This document shows, piece by piece, positions 57,191 through 64,000 of a stretch of DNA of 64,000 nt (within the stretch, counting starts at the first letter, position 1; every line of letters starts with the position of its first letter). The stretch is from Alphaproteobacteria bacterium (GTDB lineage Bacteria; Pseudomonadota; Alphaproteobacteria; Micropepsales; Micropepsaceae). The notes under the pieces are model-generated. The model ran no database searches. It saw only the letters and a program-made list of their open reading frames with translations, and had not been told where the DNA came from. The translations under genes and the position numbers were made by a program. The stretch is from assembly GCA_947467345.1 (NCBI GenBank), contig CANIHD010000011.1:15319-79318 (forward strand), written 5' to 3'.

Positions 57191-58371
57191 TCCAGCGCGT
57201 AAACCATCGCCTTGAGATAGGCCGTTTCCGGCAGGTTCGGATGCACCGGATGGTCGGGCCCTGCGCCGGCGTCACGGATTTCGCTGGCGAAACGCCATGC
57301 ACGCGCGATGCCGGCAGCGTTTTCTATCCCGAAGCGATCGCGCGGCATGTTGTGCGAACACGATGCCAAGAACAGAAAACCGCCCGGTGATACCAACTGC
57401 GCGGCCAGCCTCGCCAATTTGCGATAGGCCTTTGCACCCGGTTCGAGATCTTTGCGCGCACGCACGAAAGGCGGCGGATCGCAGATGACGACATCGAAGC
57501 GCTCATTGGCTGCGGCGCGCCGTTCCAGCTCGGCAAACACCTCGCCCTTCACAAAATGGCAGGAGGCACCGACATTGTTCTCATCCGCAGCGGCGCGCGC
57601 CACGTCCAGCGCCGGTTCGGAGGAATCGATCGCAACGACATCGCGTGCGCCCTGCGCCACCGCCAGAATACCGAACCCGCCCGTATAGCTGTAGGCATCG
57701 AGAACGGTTTTCCCGTTTGCGAGTCTTGCCATGAAGGCCCGGTTCTCACGCTGATCGTAGTACCAGCCGGATTTCTGCCCGCCCGCAGCGTCGGCAAAAT
57801 AGCGAATGCCGTTTTCTTCCACGGTCACGCGGCCGGCCTCGCCTTTCGCAATGCGCGTATCAAGGCCGAGGCCTTCAAGCGCGCGCGACGCCGCATCATT
57901 GCGCAACACGATGGTGCGCGGGGCAATGACCTCATCGAAAGCGGCCAGGATGGTTTCCGTCAAATTCTCAATGCCGGCTGTCGTGATCTGCACCACCAGC
58001 GTATCGCCGAAACGATCGGCGACGAGGCCGGGCAACCCGTCGCCTTCGGCATGCACCAGCCGATAAAAAGGCGAGGTAAAAAGCTGCTCGCGCAAGTTAA
58101 GCGCGCGGCGAATCTTGCCGACGAAGAATGCTTGATCGAGAGCAGCGTTCGGTCCCGCCAGTAAACGAACCGCGATGAGACTCTTCGGATTGAAATAGCC
58201 GGTGCCAAGAACAATTCCGCCGGCATCTGCAAGGGATACCAACGTGCCCGGCGCCAGCGCCTTGGTGGGGCCATCCATCTCGATTTCATTGGAAAACACC
58301 CACGGCGCGCCGGCACGCACGCGCCTGCCTTCCTTGGGTCTGAGTTTGACGAGGGGGAAGCGCGTGGTCAT
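57187..58371 (-). CDS. rlmI: class I SAM-dependent rRNA (cytosine-C5) methyltransferase, RlmI-like (PUA + MTase)
   Basis: 'VKLRPKEGRRVRAGAPWVFSNEI' and 'VICDPPPF'. The start is at an internal ATG, because the ORF-track N-extension covers a terminator hairpin. Confidence 0.85.
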   Translation of the reverse strand: MTTRFPLVKLRPKEGRRVRAGAPWVFSNEIEMDGPTKALAPGTLVSLADAGGIVLGTGYFNPKSLIAVRLLAGPNAALDQAFFVGKIRRALNLREQLFTSPFYRLVHAEGDGLPGLVADRFGDTLVVQITTAGIENLTETILAAFDEVIAPRTIVLRNDAASRALEGLGLDTRIAKGEAGRVTVEENGIRYFADAAGGQKSGWYYDQRENRAFMARLANGKTVLDAYSYTGGFGILAVAQGARDVVAIDSSEPALDVARAAADENNVGASCHFVKGEVFAELERRAAANERFDVVICDPPPFVRARKDLEPGAKAYRKLARLAAQLVSPGGFLFLASCSHNMPRDRFGIENAAGIARAWRFASEIRDAGAGPDHPVHPNLPETAYLKAMVYALD

Positions 58372-58433
58372 GGCGAGATATCCGGCGGTGTCGGGACTTG
58401 TAGCCGCCACCTCAGCCCACACGCAAATCGCGC

Positions 58434-58465
58434 AAAAAAAGCAGGTGTCGGATTCCGACACCTGC
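58434..58465 (-). terminator. rho-independent terminator downstream of the DUF6152-like gene
   Basis: Perfect 11-bp stem 'GCAGGTGTCGG'/'CCGACACCTGC' with a 3-nt loop, followed on the minus strand by TTTTTTT. Confidence 0.8.
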
Positions 58466-58522
58466 TTTGAGAAGCGGCGCAGGGATTGGGAGGGCGCCGC
58501 CTAAGCTCGAAATTGGGCCGCG

Positions 58523-58891
58523 CTATTCGCCCATCTTCGTGCCATTGGGAAGCACCACTGTGAGGAGCTGACCGCCGGTAGAGCCATCCTTTAGAGGATG
58601 GATGCTGACAGTAACCTTATCGCCGGGGACCACGGTTTTAGGACGCCAGCCGGTACGGGCCAACCCACCAGGGGCGCCCATTTCCAGCGACCATTCCGCT
58701 GTCTGGCCCTTTTCATCCGTCACCATGACCTGGAGCCAGCTATGCGGGTTGGTCCATTGGAATTCCTTCACGGTTCCGGTCAGGTCGACTGTCTTGTCGG
58801 CGTCGAACATCGCGAAGGAATGATGGGCCAGCGCCGGGCCACCAAAGAGGGCCGCCATCAAGCCGGCAGCAGCCACATATTTCGTCCGCAT
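58523..58891 (-). CDS. secreted DUF6152-like protein (family recalled from memory)
   Basis: Signal peptide ending 'ALAHHSFAMFD', then 'EFQWTNPHSWLQV'. 122 aa. Confidence 0.7.
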   Translation of the reverse strand: MRTKYVAAAGLMAALFGGPALAHHSFAMFDADKTVDLTGTVKEFQWTNPHSWLQVMVTDEKGQTAEWSLEMGAPGGLARTGWRPKTVVPGDKVTVSIHPLKDGSTGGQLLTVVLPNGTKMGE

Positions 58892-58967
58892 TTTCGTCTC
58901 CTATGACATTCAGCCGCGAAATGCGGCCTTTGTTGGCGAGGAACATAGATGGCCAAACTGGCGCCCT

Positions 58968-58995
58968 GCTGACGCCAAGCTGAAAGGAAGCTGAC
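58968..58995 (+). promoter_or_regulatory. three direct hexamer repeats at exact 11-bp phasing (candidate OmpR-family binding site)
   Basis: GCTGAC (58968), GCTGAA (58979) and GCTGAC (58990), in the divergent region between the DUF6152-like gene and the response regulator. Confidence 0.3.
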
Positions 58996-59077
58996 AGGTA
59001 AAACCCGGCAGATTTCCGCGAGTTTCATGTAAAGTTTCGGAAGGAACGCGCCGAACAACAGGTGACCCATTCGCATA

Positions 59078-59722
59078 TTGCTGGTCGAGGACGATCCGGA
59101 GATCGCCAAGCGTTTGACCGAGGGCTTGCGCGAGGCCGGCTTCGTGGTGGAACACGCGGCTGACGGCGAGATGGGCGCGGCGCTGGGCGGCTCGGAAGAT
59201 TTCGACGCCGCCATTCTCGATCTTGGCCTGCCCGATGTGCAGGGCGTCGAGGTGTTGCGGCGCTGGCGCAAATCGGGCCGCGCCATGCCGGTGTTAATCC
59301 TCACCGCACGCAGCAGCTGGACCGAAAAGGTCGACGGGTTGAATGCCGGCGCCGACGATTACATCACCAAACCTTTCCACGTTCCCGAAGTGGCGGCGCG
59401 TTTGCGCGCGTTGATCCGCCGTTCGTCCGGCAAATCGACACCGACAATGACGTTTCGGGATATCGAATTGTCGCCCGCCTCAGGCACCGTCACTGCAGCG
59501 GGCACTCCGGTCGATCTGACCGCGCATGAATTTCGGTTGCTGAATTATTTCATGCATCGGCAGGGGCGCGTCATCTCGCAATCGGAATTGCTGGACCATC
59601 TTTACGGCTACGATCAGGAGCGCGATCCCAACACGATTGAGGTCTATGTCGGACGTCTGCGCAAGAAATTGGGGCGCGACGTGATCAAGACCTTGCGCGG
59701 CCTCGGATATAGGCTCGGATGA
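59078..59722 (+). CDS. OmpR/PhoB-family response regulator
   Basis: Receiver 'LLVEDDPEIA...DAAILDLGLPD', winged helix 'TIEVYVGRLRKKLG...IKTLRGLGYRL'. No in-frame ATG or GTG near the N-terminus, so the start is TTG or upstream ATT/ATA. Confidence 0.9.
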   Translation: MLVEDDPEIAKRLTEGLREAGFVVEHAADGEMGAALGGSEDFDAAILDLGLPDVQGVEVLRRWRKSGRAMPVLILTARSSWTEKVDGLNAGADDYITKPFHVPEVAARLRALIRRSSGKSTPTMTFRDIELSPASGTVTAAGTPVDLTAHEFRLLNYFMHRQGRVISQSELLDHLYGYDQERDPNTIEVYVGRLRKKLGRDVIKTLRGLGYRLG

Positions 59723-61083
59723 ACGACGGTCTGTTCTCGAGTCTGCGCGCGCGCTTGATTCTGGGCGCGGTGATTTGGATCACGCTCGGCGTCACTGTCG
59801 CCGGTATCTTTGTGGCCGAGCTTTTTCGTCAGCACGCCACCGAGGTTTTGAGCGCGCAGTTGCGCGCCCATCTTGAAGAGCTTTCATCGATTATCGATGT
59901 CGAGCCGGATGGCACGCCGCGTCTCTATCGGCTTCTGAGCGAGCCGCGCTTCGTACAACCGGAATCAGGCCTTGCCTGGCAGGTCGATCGCAACGGCGTC
60001 GTGCTGGTGAAATCGCGTTCAATCAGCACCGAAACCATGCCGATCCCGGCCACGGTACCGAGCGACGACGAAGACGTGCGTGCGATCAATCTGCAATCGC
60101 CGCGCGGGCTGATCATGGCCTATGACCGCATGCTTCTGGTCGGCGATTCCGCGCCCATGCATGTGCAGGTTGGCGCCGAGGAACGCATTCTCGACGAGCA
60201 ATTGCGCGATTTCAATTTGTCCTTGGCCGGTTCGCTGGCGCTTCTGGCACTGGCGCTCGTGGTCGCCGCGATCCTTCAAGTGGCGTTCGGCTTGCAGCCG
60301 ATGGTGCGGCTGCGTTCCGCGCTCACCGCCGTGAAATCGGGCGACGCGGCGCGCCTGCCGCGCAGTTTTCCCTCCGAGGTGCAGCCGCTGGTCGACGATC
60401 TCAACACCATGATCGAAGCTAACAAGGAGATGTTGGCGCGCGCCCGCGCGCAGGCCGGAAATCTGGCGCATGGATTGAAAACACCTCTGGCGATTCTTTC
60501 GGACGAAGCCTATCGCCTGCAAACGCGCGGACAGACGGAATCCGCAGCGACCATCGCGCAACAATCGCAGCGCATGCAGCGCCAGATCGATTTCCAGATT
60601 GCGCGTGCCCGCGCCGCAGCGTCTCGTTCCGTGCCTGGCGTGATCGCGGCGGCCACGCCTGTGGTCACCGGCATTATCGGCGCCATGACACGGCTCTACG
60701 CCGAGAAGAATCTTCGTTTCGATGTTCGGATTGAGCCCGGTTGCGTCGCGCAATGCGACCCCATGGACCTGAACGAGATGCTGGCGAACCTGATCGACAA
60801 TGCCTGCAAATGGGCGGTAGCCACGGTCGCAATCACCGGCGCCGTGGACGATGCGACGCACAATGTCGTTCTTGCTGTTGAAGATGATGGCCCCGGACTG
60901 CCGGCAGAAAAGATGGAAGTCGTTTTCCATATCGGCGAGCGCTTGGATGAAACAGTTCCCGGATCCGGGCTCGGCCTGCCCATCGTGCGCGATCTGGCAC
61001 AACTTTATGGCGGCGCCGTGCGCCTGGAGAAATCTCCGCGTAGCAGACTGAAAGCCACACTCGTTCTGCCGCGCGCGCGCTAA
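59719..61083 (+). CDS. sensor histidine kinase (periplasmic sensor, HAMP, HisKA, HATPase)
   Basis: H-box 'AGNLAHGLKTPLA', N-box 'NLIDNACKWA', G-box 'DDGPGLP...GSGLGLPIV'. ATGA overlap with the regulator. Confidence 0.9.
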   Translation: MNDGLFSSLRARLILGAVIWITLGVTVAGIFVAELFRQHATEVLSAQLRAHLEELSSIIDVEPDGTPRLYRLLSEPRFVQPESGLAWQVDRNGVVLVKSRSISTETMPIPATVPSDDEDVRAINLQSPRGLIMAYDRMLLVGDSAPMHVQVGAEERILDEQLRDFNLSLAGSLALLALALVVAAILQVAFGLQPMVRLRSALTAVKSGDAARLPRSFPSEVQPLVDDLNTMIEANKEMLARARAQAGNLAHGLKTPLAILSDEAYRLQTRGQTESAATIAQQSQRMQRQIDFQIARARAAASRSVPGVIAAATPVVTGIIGAMTRLYAEKNLRFDVRIEPGCVAQCDPMDLNEMLANLIDNACKWAVATVAITGAVDDATHNVVLAVEDDGPGLPAEKMEVVFHIGERLDETVPGSGLGLPIVRDLAQLYGGAVRLEKSPRSRLKATLVLPRAR

Positions 61084-61096
61084 ACTAAAACAGCAA

Positions 61097-62092
61097 TTAG
61101 AACGTCGGCCTTACAATTCCCATCTGCTCGACGGGACGCCAGCGCATCCATTGCGACAACAGCCATTTCTCGCCGCTGTCAGGCGGGCGGCCCGCATGTT
61201 TTGTGTTCGGATCTGGCGCGCCGTCCTGTCCCACATTCCAGAACATGAGCGCATCGCCTTTGCGCCCCTTATAACGCCAGGACACGATGGGAAACTCAGT
61301 TTCGCCGCCTTCGTAATCGTCGTTCAGATAGAGCAGAAACGTGACCACGCGCTGGCCCAGATGCGCCAATTGCTCGACATAGCCCGGCGATTCCGGATCG
61401 AGAAAATCGACATGCGGGAGGAATTCCTGCCCCGGCAAATAGTGCAAAACGGCAGGCGCCTCCATGGCATCGAGGCCAAGTCCCGTTGTTGCCGCGATAC
61501 GGCCCTGCATCATCAGGAACACCATGTCGGTGTCGGATACCGGAAAATAGGAATCGCTGTTGCTGCGTCTCGGATCGTGGCGCCAGCCACTGCCGGCATA
61601 GATCTTTGCGCGTTCAAGCCGGGGCTTAGCGCGCGCGATCATCCAATCGCAAATTTCCGGCGCGGCGAAATTCTCGATGATAAAGACGCGCGGATCGGTG
61701 GAAACGGTTTTGGCGCGCGGTGCCGTCAGCCATTGCTTCACATCGACGGCGGCGCGCTGTGCTTTCCAATCGCCGTCTGCATTGCCGGATAAGAACGCCA
61801 AATCGCGTTGCGCCGGCTCATGCCCGCGTTCCGCGGCCCGCTGAAGAAAATCCAGCGCGGTGATCCAATTTTGCGGCAGGCCGAAACCGAACGCGGCATG
61901 GCGCGCAATCAGATAGGCGGCCTCGGCATTGCCGCCATTGGCGGCAAGAATGATATTGGTGATGCCTTCGCGCAAATCCGGCGGACGGATGGCCAGCAAA
62001 TATTTGCCCCAGACGGCGCGCGCATCGGCGTTTCCCGTCGCGGCGGCGCTGCGTAAGCTTTCCGTCTCCGCGGGAGAAAGCCGCTCTTGCAT
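61097..62092 (-). CDS. Sel1/TPR-repeat + prolyl-4-hydroxylase-like 2OG-Fe(II) oxygenase (paralogue 1)
   Basis: Sel1-like 'GNAEAAYLIARHAAFGFGLPQNWITALDFLQRAAERGHEPAQ'. Catalytic 'LPHVDFLD' (HxD), 'TKHAGRPP' and 'GEKWLLSQWMR'. Confidence 0.8.
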   Translation of the reverse strand: MQERLSPAETESLRSAAATGNADARAVWGKYLLAIRPPDLREGITNIILAANGGNAEAAYLIARHAAFGFGLPQNWITALDFLQRAAERGHEPAQRDLAFLSGNADGDWKAQRAAVDVKQWLTAPRAKTVSTDPRVFIIENFAAPEICDWMIARAKPRLERAKIYAGSGWRHDPRRSNSDSYFPVSDTDMVFLMMQGRIAATTGLGLDAMEAPAVLHYLPGQEFLPHVDFLDPESPGYVEQLAHLGQRVVTFLLYLNDDYEGGETEFPIVSWRYKGRKGDALMFWNVGQDGAPDPNTKHAGRPPDSGEKWLLSQWMRWRPVEQMGIVRPTF

Positions 62093-63187
62093 CTAGGCCG
62101 CTCCCGACGCGGCCGGCATGACCGGACCGAACAACGCGCCCGGCCTGTCGCGTACCCATTGCGAAAAGAGAAATTTCTCGCCGCTCGCTGGCGGCAGACC
62201 GGCATGCAAGGTCTTCGGATCGATGGCACCCTTTGCGTCGACATTCCAAAATAGAAGTGCGTCACCCGTGCGCCCTTTGAAGCGCCAGCCGAGTTCTGGA
62301 AAATCGGTCTCGCCGCCCTCGTAGGAATCATTTAGCGCGATCAGAAACGTAGCCACGCGTGGACCGCGTGTCGCCACATCCGCGCGATAACCGGGAAATG
62401 CGGGGTCGAGAAAATCGTAGTGTGGCAAATATTGCTGCCCGATTGCGTAGTGCAGCACGGCGCTGGCTTCCATGCCCGACATGGTAAGGCCCGTTGCCGC
62501 GGCCATGCGCGCACGCAAGATGACCAGCAGCACATCCGAACGCACAATGTTGAAATTCATCGCGCTGCCAGTGCGAATCTCTTCGACGCGTTGCACGCCA
62601 CCTGCTTTGTCGATGGTTTCGGCGCGGCTCATTAACGGCGCTGAACGTTTGATCAGCCATTCGCACATTGGCGGCGAAAGAAATCCCGGGATTTTTTTGA
62701 TCCGAGGCGCGTCGAACACGGACACCGGCGCCGCCGGCATGAGCCATTCACCCATCACCACCGCGTCGCATAATCTCTTCCAAAGGCCGGAAACTTGCAC
62801 TCCCTCGGAGGCGCGGCTTGCCAGATCGGCATCGCTTGTAAGCGCCACCAATGTGGCCTGCGCCAATGCCCAACCGCGCTCCGCGGAGAGTTGCAAAAAA
62901 TCAAGCGCCACAGGCCAATTCTGCTGCGTTCCAATCCCCGAAGCCGCCAATATAGCCGCCAAATGGGCGGCTTCCGCATCGCCGCCGCGCGCAGCATCGA
63001 AAATTGCTGCCGCGCCTTCCACAATTCCATAAGGCGGACGGGTGAGAAGAACCTGTCCCAAAACGCGCTTGGCATCGATGCTGCCGGAAGCGGCGAGCCG
63101 CCGCAAAATCACGAGAAAATCTTTTGCCGCCGCGGCATCGCCGTGGCGCGCACGCCGTTCAAGATCTTCCAGCGTGTCCGCGTCCAT
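62093..63187 (-). CDS. Sel1/TPR-repeat + prolyl-4-hydroxylase-like 2OG-Fe(II) oxygenase (paralogue 2)
   Basis: 'GDAEAAHLAAILAASGIGTQQNWPVALDFLQLSAERGW'. 'LPHYDFLD', 'TLHAGLPP' and 'GEKFLFSQWVR'. Its stop abuts the paralogue 1 ATG. Confidence 0.8.
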   Translation of the reverse strand: MDADTLEDLERRARHGDAAAAKDFLVILRRLAASGSIDAKRVLGQVLLTRPPYGIVEGAAAIFDAARGGDAEAAHLAAILAASGIGTQQNWPVALDFLQLSAERGWALAQATLVALTSDADLASRASEGVQVSGLWKRLCDAVVMGEWLMPAAPVSVFDAPRIKKIPGFLSPPMCEWLIKRSAPLMSRAETIDKAGGVQRVEEIRTGSAMNFNIVRSDVLLVILRARMAAATGLTMSGMEASAVLHYAIGQQYLPHYDFLDPAFPGYRADVATRGPRVATFLIALNDSYEGGETDFPELGWRFKGRTGDALLFWNVDAKGAIDPKTLHAGLPPASGEKFLFSQWVRDRPGALFGPVMPAASGAA

Positions 63188-63200
63188 CGCTACATATGTG

Positions 63201-64000
63201 TCAGGCGCGCACCGCGCGTGGCCCACGAATCCATTGCGACAATAGAAATTTTTCTCCACCCGTTGGCGAAAGCCCAGCATGCAATGTGCGCTCGTCCGGC
63301 GCGCCATTCGGATGCACGTTCCAGAAGAACAGAGCGTCGCCTTTGCGTCCCTTGTAGCGCGTGTTGGCCAACGGGAAATCGGTCTCGGCGCCTTCGTAAT
63401 CATCGTTCAGATAGGTCAGGAAGGTGACGACGCGCTGGCCGCTATCGGCGACGTTCTGCGCGTAACCGGGATCGTTGGTATCGAGATAATCGTGATGCGG
63501 CGAGAATTCCTGGCCGACTTCGTAATGCAGCACGGCCGGCGCCTCCATGGCGACCGGCGGAAGGCCCGTCACCGCCGCCATGCGTCCGCGCGCTAAGATC
63601 AGCGGCAGATCGAATTGATGCACATTGAAATAGGCGGCGCTGTTGGTACGGCCCGCCTCGTAGATCAGCCCACCGGTTTCGCGGTCGAAGGTTTGCGCCA
63701 GCGCAAGCGAAGAGCGCGATCTTTCTATCAGCCAATCGCAGACCGGATGCGGCAGGAAATTTTCCACTACGCCGATGCGCGGTGCCATGGCGAAATTGCG
63801 CGTGCGCGGCGGCTTCAGCCATTGCTTCAGATCGATGGATTCGCGCAAAGCGCGCCAGATGGTGGGGTCGGTCGAGTCCGCCGCCTGGGCCGCTAGATCT
63901 CTATCGGCGGCCACCGCTATCAAACCTTTGCGCGCCAGTTCGAACCCAAGTTCCGCCGCACGTTGCGTGTAAATGAGCGCAGCCGACCAATCCTGCGGCA
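63201..64000 (-). CDS. Sel1/TPR-repeat + prolyl-4-hydroxylase-like 2OG-Fe(II) oxygenase (paralogue 3, N-terminus outside window)
   Basis: The frame is open to the window edge ('...DWSAALIYTQRAAELGFELARKGL...'). 'SPHHDYLD', 'TLHAGLSP' and 'GEKFLLSQWIR'. Confidence 0.8.
   Translation of the reverse strand, partial: PQDWSAALIYTQRAAELGFELARKGLIAVAADRDLAAQAADSTDPTIWRALRESIDLKQWLKPPRTRNFAMAPRIGVVENFLPHPVCDWLIERSRSSLALAQTFDRETGGLIYEAGRTNSAAYFNVHQFDLPLILARGRMAAVTGLPPVAMEAPAVLHYEVGQEFSPHHDYLDTNDPGYAQNVADSGQRVVTFLTYLNDDYEGAETDFPLANTRYKGRKGDALFFWNVHPNGAPDERTLHAGLSPTGGEKFLLSQWIRGPRAVRA

Noticed and set aside
58372-58461. 30-codon N-terminal extension of rlmI ('MSESDTCFFCAICVW...').
   Set aside because: It is encoded by the perfect terminator hairpin and its A/T tracts at 58434..58465. 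The conserved PUA-domain N-terminus starts at 'MTTRFPLVKL'.
1-64000. Search for defence islands, prophage, IS elements, integrases, toxin-antitoxin pairs, and tRNA/rRNA/tmRNA genes.
   Set aside because: No ORF shows nuclease, helicase, methylase-restriction, transposase, integrase or capsid-like motifs. No cloverleaf-like or rRNA-like sequence was seen in the intergenic regions. The window is syntenic core chromosome, apart from the small low-GC cassette at 36730..37065.

Overview
This is a high-GC alphaproteobacterial chromosome segment. The gene order looks Hyphomicrobiales/Rhizobiales-like: irr next to fabA-fabB-fabI, yqeY-dnaG-rpoD, argH-small lipoprotein-lysA-TIGR02302-like, metX-metW, ftsE-ftsX and etfBA-hbd. 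I call about 60 protein genes, almost all core housekeeping, transport or envelope functions. Many are translationally coupled by 4-nt ATGA/GTGA overlaps. I found no rRNA, tRNA, CRISPR array, transposase, integrase, phage gene or recognisable defence/toxin system, so I cannot honestly claim a clear novel system.

The features that the ordinary gene calls do not explain are:
- **Tandem hydroxylase paralogues.** At least three Sel1/TPR-repeat + prolyl-4-hydroxylase-like 2OG-Fe(II) oxygenase genes run off the right edge of the window.
- **Two in-frame stop interruptions.** One splits a secreted haem-c/beta-propeller protein. The other sits in a low-GC orphan immunity-like ORF that is bracketed by inverted repeat copies.
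- **Unusual RpoD.** It carries a roughly 170-aa Lys/Ala/Pro-rich N-terminal extension and a P8 run.
- **Three families of intergenic palindromic repeats.** One family shows compensatory stem changes between copies.
- **Candidate regulatory sites.** These are two ICE-like palindromes flanking irr, a GAAC-N7-GAAC box before nrdJ, 11-bp-phased direct repeats before a two-component operon, and a C10 tract in the kup promoter region.
- **Two short lipoprotein ORFs** below the ORF-track cutoff.

All family names come from reading motifs and from memory. No database search was run.
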